Source: Lingula anatina (lineage: Eukaryota > Animalia > Brachiopoda). Taken from it: a stretch of DNA of 64,000 nt. Numbering within the stretch: position 1 is the stretch's first letter; each line of letters opens with the position of its first letter. This document shows, in pieces, positions 35,985 through 48,400 of the stretch. A model generated the notes under the pieces. That model made no database searches. It was not told the origin of the DNA and saw only the letters and a program-made list of their open reading frames with translations. The stretch covers positions 11,098,001 through 11,162,000 of the forward strand of contig CM120646.1 of NCBI GenBank assembly GCA_051362555.1, written 5' to 3'. A program made the translations under genes and the position numbers.

Positions 35985-36318
35985 GAAACCCTGGAATGCC
36001 GCTATGAATGCTGGGAAGGAAAGTATACAGAGCTACTTTCTTTATGATAAAGATAGTTTAAAAGATATCATTAATATCCAAATTTCATAATACAAGTTTT
36101 GAAATAAATGAATTTGAAACAACTATAATGTGGCAAAACTTATTTCAATATTTTTTTCTAGTATTGTCGATTGTTTTAACATTTTCATACCACTGGCTTC
36201 CAGGAAGTGACGTCATGTCCAGACCGGCGTACGAGGAAAGGTTCATTATTCCAATCACTCGAATTATCGATTAGTTTGGAGACAAACATCCGTAGTAATA
36301 TTGATAGTTTCTAGTGGT
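35985..36318. promoter_or_regulatory. Bidirectional promoter region of IFT46/GRAMD1 with an overlapping ETS-CRE motif
   Basis: Divergent ATGs at 35984 and 36319; CAGGAAGTGACGTCA at 36201-36215. Confidence 0.6.
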
Positions 36319-36476
36319 ATGAATTCCGGTGAAAATGGAACTGATAACGCTGTCAGAGCTAGGTCAAAAGATAAAACCATAGGTGTGCAAAACGCCGGGA
36401 CGACAGAAAGGCCAAAATCTGTGACGTACATGTCAGCAGCTGATTTTCATAAACACCAATCTGGAAGACACGATCG
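36319..36476 (+). CDS. GRAMD1B: GRAMD1 first coding exon 1a
   Basis: ATG-initiated open 52 codons (MNSGENGTDNAVRARSKDK...), CG|GTAAGT phase 2 matching the exon at 53337; next to the divergent promoter. Confidence 0.7.
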
Positions 36477-39400
36477 GTAAGTTCAGTAACTTGTTCTTGG
36501 CTTTAATGTTTAAATGTGATTACTGTTAACGTTGCACATTATGTATATTTCTTATTGGGACATCAAGTTGCAGGCATGTATTTGTTTATAAAAATTATTC
36601 AGTCGCAAAATTTTACATGCTGTTCAAAGCTTGTAAATTTTAATTTAAAATGTACATCCAATGACATTGACAAAAAATCCAAAGAGGCAAGACGTATTCT
36701 CATCAGTGTTGTCATGTACAGCAAAATTTGTAGATGTCATTATAATACCAGTGCAGAATGTCTTTCTAACCTACTGAAAAGTCACTGCAATTTTACACAT
36801 TCTGAATCTGATTCCATTTTTTTTTTTATTTTAGGAAATTTTATTTTGAATTATTTTTCTATAGACTACTAGTGATTTATCATACTTGTAACGGTATTTT
36901 TGATGACAGACCAAAGGTTTGACAATATTTTGGCACTGATGTCAAAATCAAAATATAATGATGCATTATTCAGCAAAAGGGCAAAAGACTTAATTAACTC
37001 CAGATAAAAATCTCCCAGCTTCCTGGGTAGCATCCTTCTTTGGCCTATTTCAGTCTCGTGACTTCATGTCCCAGTTGCAAGTCAATGCAAAAGATTTTAT
37101 AAAGATGCAAAGTTAAGCAGCTCACATGCACCTGAACCTGGTTTGACTGAGTCTGTATACAAGTCATGCAGGTACTTCATGTTATCTAAAGTAGGAGGCG
37201 GGTACAAATCACTTATATGAGATAATCATACTATTTCGAACCCAGATTTTATGAAGTATGTCTGTAATGGGGAAAAAGAGTTACTAGTAACCAGTAAAGA
37301 GAAAAAAAAACTAGTAGGATTGCATGATTTCTGGATTTTGGCAAATTTGTTTGTTAGAACTTAAACATTATTTGTATACTGTTATTTGATCACTAATTTT
37401 TGTTTTTAATAGGATATATTACAATTGACTAGAATATTGATTTTCAGATGAAGCTGTTGGTATATAATTTCTTGAAAACTGAAAATAAAAAAAATTATAG
37501 TTTTAGCTTTGCACCTCTAGAAATGTTGAAGCAGCATTATTAATTAATTAGGATTATTTAAAGCCAGCACAAGCTTTTAGTACTTTATTGACTGATTGCA
37601 AGGCATTATAAATTGTGAACTCAGTGATTAACTCCTCTAAAACATCTGTATCTTAATGGACACATTCATTGAGCAGCCAGCAATCTCATGAAGTTGTACG
37701 CCTGACAGGACTGGATGTAGAAAGATATATGGCCATGCAGATAAGTGCTCTTGATTAATAAAATTAGGGTTATTTGTGGCACAAAAGAGATGGTACTCAT
37801 TTTGTGTAAATAGCAATCTAGGACATGCTAGGTAGGATTCATGTATCTTTTTCTAAAAAATAAGAAAGAAAAAATGTAATAAAATTGAAAAGCCCTTGAT
37901 GATAATTTATATTCATGGTCATTTTAATAGTTTTCATAAATTTGTCCATGCATATCTATAAAGAAAGGAAATGCAACTTTCAAACATTATGCTTAATGGA
38001 GGTGGTTAAACAGAAAAATATAATAAGATTTACAGAATGTATATGAAAGTACAGTGTAATTCTATGGCGGGAAATATTTCTATAATGAACATATTCATGA
38101 TTGGATTGGTGTAAATTAGAAATAAGATTCAAAATAATGTATTTGTTTCAAAGTAGGTCTATCCTATGGAATGTCAATGATATAGAAAAAATGATAGATA
38201 TGACCCTGCTGACACCTAGGTTCTGATGACTGAAGGAAGTGGCAGCTGACAGGATGGGCAGGCAATTGCAACAGTTGTGACAGATTGCATTTCATCACCA
38301 CATTGATCATTACAAAGCATGACATACAGCCATTTAGTAATTATGTATGATTGAAATCAATACCTTGCTCAAAGCAATGATCCCTTGCCTGTTAAATTGT
38401 TGATGTGGCAATCAGTATATCTTATTTTAGATAATGCAATTTTCTTGAAAATGGCTCCAGGAATTCAGTTGTCTGACTGCTTTCTTGATCAGTAATTTGT
38501 TTGAGGCTGTTACAATATATTTCCACTCAGAGGGATGATGTCCAACTTAAAACAGTAAAATATACTCTCAGTATTCTCTCTCAAGAGAATAGCTCATTAA
38601 GTGAAATGACAAATGGTGAACATTTATGCCAGTGTAATTTGTGAGCCACAGTACTTTCCAAATGAATGAAAAGTATCATTGATGGTGACCATTGAGTATG
38701 TTAATGAAATTAGGCGATGCAAATAGAATGCTGTTGATCACTGTCTGCAAGCTTACAACCTAATTTGTAGTATTTTTCTGGACTAACTTGCTTACTCCAA
38801 AGACTGATATGCTCCATACTGAGACTCTGCTGCTTCAGTACACAAGGTTTTGAAACTGACATTGGTACGACTTGGTGAATACAGACATGTCGCATGGGAT
38901 TCTTTGAAGTTTTCTATAGGTCACTCACCTTTGCCTACTTTTAAGTTCAAAGAGGTCATTCTGTTACAGTCTAGTGGTACTGAATAGGATGAATTGAATT
39001 CTGAAAGGGATGAGAGCGGACTGACAAATGAGTTATTAATGCATGAAAATGGATATAAATCGAGAAATGTGAAGACCAAAACTTTATGATAAAAGGTTTA
39101 TATAGATCGATGAAAATTGATCAGAATTATAATTGTTAAGGCAAGATTCCAATACACAGCTCCCTTTCTACGTGGTAATACCTTGTCGACTGATATTATG
39201 TTAATGGAAATCAATAGTTTTAAGTAAATAACATCTAGCAATTGATTGTGCCCTGGCAATTCTGACCAAAAGAGTCCAATGCTGCTGCAGACTTAACGAG
39301 GTCCCACTTTGGGTCAGTTGAGCTGGAGCAGGTTCTCTATTTAGGATAGGTGAAGTGTAATTTGAGGATGCCTCTTGTTGCTTTCTTCTTGGACTATAAG

Positions 39401-42400
39401 GAGCAATTTCATCAAGGAGTTGCAGTTTATTAAGACTTTGAAAACCTGCTGTAACAGTGGAAATTATTTGACAACTTTTTTATTGTGAATCGTACCACAG
39501 GCTGCACTTGGTGGGTGATTTTTAAGGAGCAGTGGATTTGTATGGATTTTGATGACACATATTTCAGTATCACTTCAGTATATCCTTCAGTATCACGAAG
39601 TGAATTTGTACACCGAACATTTGATAACAGAACAATTTCCATCACAGGATATATATATGTGACATTTCTGTCATGGATCTTAAAGGAAGAGCATGATAAT
39701 AAGGTTTGGTGGAGTTAGTTCTGACACAGAGAAGTTCTGTGCAAGTAGTGGAATTCAATCTGAATGTAGGCTGAATTTCGATGTGCAGATGTGTACATGT
39801 AGATGAAAGTGTGTGCATGCGTATGTTGACCCGTGTGCAAAGATTTGTATTGCCAAACAGGAAACAGAAGCCATCTAAGCTACAGTATTTTGGCAATGCT
39901 AAATGGGACTTTTTGATACTGTTTATTAAATTTTTTATCCTACTAGTGCAGTACATAAAAACTTTCTGCACTTAGTGCAAGTTTCTATAAACCCACTAAA
40001 TCCTTTCTGCCATTTGTTTTCTTGCCAATTAATGCAGATTCAGAGAGAAACATTGAGATCTGATCCAATGGGATATTGATTGGCTCTGTTTATTGTTAGT
40101 TTCTTTATTGGACAAGGGAGCTTAATGGTGAATTTAAAACATTTTTTCATTGATTATCTCATCTAAAATCTTCACCTTATAATATTGATGAGTAAGCAGC
40201 AATAGTATTAAATTTACGGGGCTCTCAGGGTACTTATTATTGAGTTATTTGGTAAGTGCACTCACTGGTTCTAAGAATTTTCTAAGAATTCCCCAGAAAG
40301 GAGGCTTGTTTTGTGAACTTGAGCAAGCTAATGGGCACTCCGATGGTTTTGTACAGAAACTTTTCATCTGGGCTAAGAAAAAAGTCATGTGTGCTGCAAC
40401 GTAAACTTACTGTCTCAAAAGTGCAGAAATACACCAGAAACAGAGAGGCTGAAAATGCTTTCTGGAATTTCTTCTTGCTTGTTGGTATATCAAGAAAGAT
40501 AAAATGTTTTCCTTGAGAAGTAACAGGTTTCTTATTATAAGCACTCACCAGCTAGCTACAGTGTAATATACATTGAATGACTGACAAACTACCACATATG
40601 ATGCATAATTCTTTCTTAATAACCATTAATTTAGACAAACCTGTTTCAAAAATTGGTTTTAGTTCCTAGAAAGATCTCGTTCCTGGGTATGTCATGTTAA
40701 CATATGTATGGTTTTGGGAAGTGCTGCTTGAGTTGCTTCATCATAAACACATCATAAACTGTACTCAGAAGGGGTATTACACTGAAACAGGAAAGATGTA
40801 ACACACACGCATGCACACACACGTGCGTGCGCGCGCACACACACACACACACACACTGTTTACCCGCATGATGATGCAGGGCGGAACATAGCATCTTTGT
40901 TGGCCCATTTCTGATGCAGAATTGTCCTTGTGGTAATGTAGGGCTGTTAGGTTCCTTATTTTATACTTTCCAAGAAAGGGAGTTGTGCATGTATAATTTA
41001 TGAAACATTAAAATAGAACATCTTTTTGGTTTTTGTAATTACCATTGTGAACATGTTGCAGGTTGTTATTATACAGCTGATTATATTTTATCATCAACTT
41101 ATTTTTTTTGTGTTATTTCGTTCTTTTCATAGCGTGTCAATACGAAAAGGAGGAAAAAAGAAAAATTGCCTGGGGCTTCTTATCACAAAGGCAGCTTACC
41201 TGAACTGAATTAACTTCCAAGATGATTTAACTTCCTTGTATGTTCCTGTTAGAAAGAAAAGGTGTGTTGGTATGAGTGGTTTACTTAGTGAATTGTTCTG
41301 GTAGTATATGGAGAAACAATGGGTCAGAGACAGGAGAAAATTTTGGCAGTAGAACTTGAAGGAAATTTATGTTGGTAAGTCACTGGAACATTTAACTATA
41401 TATATATATATACTAATACAGTGCAGCACTGTATAGTACACTGTAGTACAGTGTACTGGTGGATACTGTTACATAAATCTTTAGGTGAAAATGAAACCAT
41501 AAATTTGTACTAGTAGCTCAATGGTGTCAGTTTGTCAGTAAGACTGAGGTTTCATGAATTTGCAGAACATTGTCTTTGGATTTTGATTTCAAATTTGATT
41601 ATATTCAGCAATATTAAAGAGAGGGAGCAGTTAATTTCAGTAAAAATTACAATACAAGTCCCCTTTGCACTGGACGGCATCCTTTCTGCGCCCTTTGTGC
41701 GACCATAAAACTGGCATCTCTCTGGTTGTAGAAAGGAGGCACAAGCATCGCTTTGGTTGCAGAATGAATGTTCAATGATTGGCCAGTTGTCAGCACTTCA
41801 AGTACTAGTATTTTTTTACTCTCAAACAGGGCTGTACTATGGGCCTTACCAGGACAGGTTGAGCTTTAATCATTTTTTTTCTTCATTGGTAATCAATGAA
41901 CCTCAGTTTGCAGTATTTATATAATGATTGGTAGGAATCAAGGGATAATTATCACCTATAGAGTGATAATGAGACTTGAGAATATATATGAGTCTTTATA
42001 GTATAGGGTTTTCCACAGCCAAAAGACAATGGCTTTTATTCCAATTAGTAATTCAAAATATGTCATAATAATCAGCACTTCATCAAGAAAATTATTCTGC
42101 TATGAATTATACTTTAAGTTGAACAAGATATTTTGTCTTGGCTTATTGATGATATGCCCCTCTCAGGATTAAGAATATATATACATTATATTGATGATAA
42201 ATTATTGCTGTAGGACCAAACATTACATGGAAATAGCTATTATATTACCTGAGCACAACATTATTTATTTATCAGGTGTGGAAATGCTTTGTCCCAAAGA
42301 GTTTCTTTTATTATTAAGCAGACTTGTGGAATTGGTTATTGTGGTGCTGAAACAACAGTAGGTCACTGCACATGTGATATTTTCCAAGTTGAAGTAATGG

Positions 42401-45400
42401 TAGAATATTTTGTATACAAGAGGGGGAGGAGGAGTATGGAACACATTGAAGGGTATATACTGGTATATTTAACAGAGGCAAGCATATACACCTTCTGTAA
42501 GAACAATAATACAGCATTATCCTTTTGTTCAAAGTGCAAGAAATGGGACAAACTTACTAGAATTTTTCAGCTGTTAATGTTATATTAATGGCAAAGATAA
42601 TTTTTAACCTCTCTGGTATAAACTACCTCTATGTCTCTGACTCGATGCACTTTGTTGATGGGTGCAGCACTAAAAGCAAGAGACACGAGAAATTAATGGC
42701 AGCAAAACAGTAATTAGGCAGGTCATGTATTTTCTGAGGTAACCACTGGCAGCTACAACAGCTTTCCTGGTAATATCTGAGGTCAGCTGCACATTTTGCC
42801 ATCCAAAAGGTGTCTCCACATTAAGGCGTGTTTCCAGTTGAGATGTGATAACCCAACTTGGTATGCAAAATGACTGGAAACGCATTCTGATGCGTCACAG
42901 AGAACCCCAGTCAAGACTATCACAGTGCCTCTCTCTCTCTCTCCCCTCATCGCCTCCTGATAAGGCCTGACAATAATAAATCCCTTGTTCTTCTAGGAAT
43001 GTCATATATACTACTATTTCCACTAGTGAAAGTGCCTGGGACATTTAAAGGAAATTTATATAAAATAAACTGAGAACTGTTAATTAACCTTTTCTTGGTG
43101 AGTTTCAAGTTCCAGAACTGTTTTGCACAATCAAGGTACTGTATGCATCAGATGATGCAGACTGCTTTTTTCTTTCTTTATTTATTTCCCATGTAAACAA
43201 ACCATAGAGATTTTTGTTTCATACAGATTACCATGACTGCTTTGGAATCTAATGGAGCCCTTGTATGATGAATGCAGTTTTCATCAAAACAGATCACTTC
43301 AGAATCATCTGGGAACTTGCTTGATGCTTCTAATGGATTTCATTTTTTATAGCAGTATGGGAAAATGTGTTTTCTCAGGAGAAGTTCTTTTAGGTTAATA
43401 TTATGCATAGTGGCAAGTTGGATTTGTTTGGGTACCAGGTAATGTAATAGAGTTCTGCGGCTTGCGAATAAGGGTAAATATTTAATTTCATTAACAGTTG
43501 TTGACTATGATGGCTAACTGCAGCAAATACTTCCTGGAGAAAAAACTCTTCGACTGGATATAGATGGTTGTATAGACTTTTTTATGTCACCAAGTGTTAA
43601 GATTACTAACGATTCGTAACGAATGAGTAAAATGAGAAGGTAGGAAGTATTTTTGATCATTTTTTATGTTATAATATATGTGTATGAGAGTGGCTGTTCA
43701 TAAGAGAGGATGGAGAGTACCCAAAATTGTGAAATTTGATTAAATCTTCAAAGGACATTAGAGATCTAGCCTAATTGTGCCTGCTTAATTGTTGATTTTT
43801 CCCTATATTTTATTAGTGCATGTATTGAAGTCGCACTTTCGGCGAGTCTTATTTAAGAAAATACTTTATTGGATTACATAAGAAAACGTATCCACAGCTG
43901 TCTTTCTTTAAAGCATGCTCAAAAAGAAACCTCTAAATCTATTAAGCATTATGGTAACAATTTATTAGTGAAAAGTACATTTAGATATATATAAAACCTG
44001 ACATCTTGTGGGCTTGACAAATATGTTATGACATTATAGTATTAAACTTTGTCATAAGCTCACAGCCCAGAAACTACGCCAGTGGTATAACTGCCTGAGA
44101 AATGCAAGTGTGTGTGTGAGAATACGTATGGGGAAATAGTTATATACAGTAAGTGTTTGTGTATTCAGATGTGAAATTGAGGAAGACTCATGGACGAAAA
44201 ATGGCATGAACTGTTTTTGTATTTCAACAGGTGTACATGTGTGTTATGCAACATTTTCGTCTGTGTCATAGCATGTAATGAGTATTTTTACGGAACTCGA
44301 AAATTTTAAGCTAGCAGAGTTAAGCTGTTCAGAACTTAAAAGATGATGATGTTAGTGTGGCAGTGATTGATGATGGAAATGGTTTTCCATAGGAATGTTT
44401 TTTAGGAAACTTGTATTTTTTTCCTTGGTTCATACATGCATGCCCGTAGAGAACAGAATGCCGCGCACACTTGTTGTTCAACTGACCAGCTGATGACCAT
44501 CACCACCACAATTTGACCACTGTTCCTGTACAGTTTGGACAGAAGTGACCTGTCTGCCTTTGTTATTTATTGACACTGATGTAATTTCATTGTAACTGTC
44601 AATGTGGGAGGTGAGAATAAAGTAAAAAGTTCCCTATGTCCTGGCATACATTACCGACAGGATCCCTATCGACAGACCGAAACAGTGATCTTATTAGATA
44701 ACATACCCCGTCTCTGGGTCCACAGTTGAACTATGGATGACATTTGATATCCAGTACACAAAACATTGAAGTTAAGAAAATTGCTATATTTATTTGTCTT
44801 ACACGCAGTTCTGCACATACAGATGTGAAGGCTATGGGAGCAGATTTGGATCATAACTGAAGAAATGATGAAGAAATGATAAACTTTGCTATTGTTTGCT
44901 GTGACAGAAACTTGTTAACCCGTGTGTCACCGTCATTTAGTTTGTAGAATGGAATACTGATACATTTGCTGGTTAAAATAGTACCAGTTGATTATCATGT
45001 TATCAGTTTTGATACGTGAACCAAGACAAGACATAACTGTTACCCAGCATATCATTTGATGGGAAACCAGACATTTGGAGGTAAAAAGAGGACTACATGC
45101 AATCCCAGATAAACAGGACCTTGATATTACCCATAACACAGGAATCACTTTTGGAAACTAGACTTTTGGTATCCAAAAAGAGGAATTTAACAGGTGATAC
45201 GGTCAACCAAAGGTGAACCCGTACGTAAATACCTGAGGATGGCTTTTATTAAGTCAACGAGTGCCAGTGCTCTGGAGGGCCTCAATAGCACTGTCACGGA
45301 GATTGGAGGACTGTTTGATAAATTACGGTAAGTTCCGATGTGAAGAGTTTTAGATCTATAGACGTTACAGTATGCTGTGCCTAGGTTTTGCTGGTTGAGT

Positions 45401-48400
45401 GCTCTTCTGCTTATTTCTGACAACGTTGAAGATGGAGGGGGGTGCAAAAAAGAAAAAATTAAGCTTGCAAGGTTTTATTTCTGTCTCTCTGTGGTGTTAT
45501 TAGCTATTATTATATAGGAGATTATATTCTTATTATACTCTTGCAATTATGTTCAAAAGTGTTTAAGTGTCTATTTATTTATTGTACCACCAGCGTTAGC
45601 GCTGGCGGTACACATGGTTTCGGTCCCGTCCGGATCGTTCCGCCGGCTCCGCCGGCTCCGCCGGCTCCGTTGGCTCCGCCGGACGGCTACCGTTACCGCT
45701 TCTCCTCCTAGACGGTAAGGGCCCCCGTACCCATCTCATGGATTCAGGTCACCTATAATCTCAGCTCGTTCCACGTAAAATTTGGGCTTTGTCGGTATTG
45801 GGGTCTGGGTGTGGCACTCATTGCAATGCACCCTTGTCTAAAAATGGCAAAATTAAATGCTAATTATCTACCCTACGGAAGGAGTTATGGGAAAAATTTC
45901 TATAGACGGCTTTCCAAAAGTCATATGTGTAGATTTCAAATATACCCTTGGATTTGACCTTTGACCTCTACTTCAAGGTCAAATGGGCCAAAATTTTCAA
46001 AAAAATGAAATTTTTTACGAAAAAAAATTTTTTTGCCCTGTTATTCAGACACCACACAGACTTAACCAATAATATTATTGGAAAGTGTTACCCTTCAGGT
46101 CATCTTTCATCTCCATGAATTTGGGGTCAATCGGTGCATTTTCACGGGAGTAGCGGCCATAAGATACCGAAACTGAAAACTGTCTCTAATTCGGGAACCG
46201 TTAATGCTAGAGACCCATTCTTTTTTGCATTTTGTAGAGCATGTAAAGCCCAACACTGGAGGTGGTCTCGGTTTTTTTGTATTCCATATGGTTTTCGAGT
46301 TACGCTGTATCAAAAAGTACATATTGGTGGTAAAAGCAAAATTTGCAGTACGGTAATGGATAATAAATTTTGAACTCTGGAAAAATAAAACATAAGGCTT
46401 GGCAAAGCAGACAACTTGTGTTCAAAAATGACATTATTTCATCAAATTTGAACTTCTGAAACTTCAGAGCACCTCCTATTTCAAGAATTTTGACCAATAT
46501 GACATTTTCTTTATTTTAATTAATTTTTTCTGTACGAAATTTAAGGCACATTATGGTAACTCCAAAATTACAACATCTAGTCCCTTATATCTCCAAAACT
46601 GGCAGAGATAGGTCCATAGTTACTATTGAAGTTGAATAGGAAGTCATATACTGGCAATCTTACTATGACCTTGAAATTGACCTTTGACCTACTTTTCACC
46701 ATGAACTGAACTTTGCAAATTTTTCTTCCCTTTTATCTCCAAAACTGGCAGAGATAGGTCCATAGTTACTATTGAACTTGAATAGGAAGTCATATACTGG
46801 CAATCTAGATGTGACCTTAAAATTGACCTTTGACCCACTTTTCACCATGAACTGAACTTTGCAAATTTTGCTTTCCTTTTATCTCCAAAACTGGCAGAGA
46901 TAGGTCCGTAGTTACTATTGAACTTGAATAGGAAGTCATATACTGGCAATCTATATGTGACATTAAAATTGACCTTTGACCTACTTTTCACCATGAACTG
47001 AATTTTGCAAATTTTGCTTTCCTTTTATCTCCAAAACTGGCTGAGATAGGTCCGTAGTTACTATTGAACTTGAATAGGAAGTCATATACTGGCAATCTAA
47101 ATGTGACCTTAAAATTGACCTTTGACCTACTTTTCACCATAAACTGAACTTTGCAAAATTTGCTTCCCTTTTATCTCCAAAACTGGCAGAGATAGGTCCA
47201 TAGTTACTATTGAACTTGAATAGGAAGTCATATACTGGCAATCTAAATGTGACCTTAAAATTGACCTTTGACCTACTTTTCACCATGAACTGAACTTTGC
47301 TAATTTTGCTTCCCTTTTATCTCCAAAATTGGCAGAGATAGGTCCGTAGTTACTATTGAACTTGAATAGGAAGTCATATACTGGCAATCTAAATGTGACC
47401 TTAAAATTGACCTTTGACCTACTTTTCACCATAAACTGAACTTTGCAAAATTTGCTTCCCTTTTATCTCCAAAACTGGCAGAGATAGGTCCATAGTTACT
47501 ATTGAACTTGAATAGGAAGTCATATACTGGCAATCTAAATGTGACCTTAAAATTGACCTTTGACCTACTTTTCACCATGAACTGAACTTTGCTAATTTTG
47601 CTTCCCTTTTATCTCCAAAACTGGCTGAGATAGGTCCATAGTTACTATTGAACTTGAATAGGAAGTCATATACTGGCAATCTAAATGTGACCTTAAAATT
47701 GACCTTTGACCTACTTTACACCATGAACTGAATTTTGCAAATTTTGCTTTCCTTTTATCTCCAAAACTGGCTGAGATAGGTCCATAGTTACTATTGAAGT
47801 TGAATAGGAAGTCCTATAATGGCAATCTAAGTGTGACCTTGAAATTGACCTTTGACCTACTTTTCACCATGAACTGAACTTTGCAAAATTTGCTTCCCTT
47901 TTATCTCCAAAACTGGCAGAGATAGGTCCATAGTTACTATTGAACTTGAATAGGAAGTCATATACTGGCAATCTAAATGTGACCTTAAAATTGACCTTTG
48001 ACCTACTTTTCACCATGAACTGAACTTTGCTAATTTTGCTTCCCTTTTATCTCCAAAATTGGCAGAGATAGGTCCATAGTTACTATTGAACTTGAATAGG
48101 AAGTCATATACTGGCAATCTAAATGTGACCTTGAAATTGACCTTTGACCTACTTTTCACCATGAACTGAACTTTGCAAACTTTTCTGCCCTTTTATCTCC
48201 AAAACTGGCAGAGATAGGTCCGTAGTTACTATTGAACTTGAAAAGGAAGTCCTTTACTGGCAATCTAAATGTGACCTTAAAATTGACCTTTGACCTACTT
48301 TACACCATGAACTGAATTTTGCCAATTTTGCTTCCCTTTTATCTCCAAAACTGGCTGAGATAGGTCCATAGTTACTATTGAACTTGAATAGGAAGTCATA

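Noticed and set aside
37054-37171. Possible internal GRAMD1 exon (tttcAG ... CAG|GTACTT)
   Set aside because: Stop codon in the required phase-2 frame.
40800-40856. Alternating purine-pyrimidine tract with Z-DNA potential
   Set aside because: An ordinary CA/CG microsatellite with nothing indicating function.
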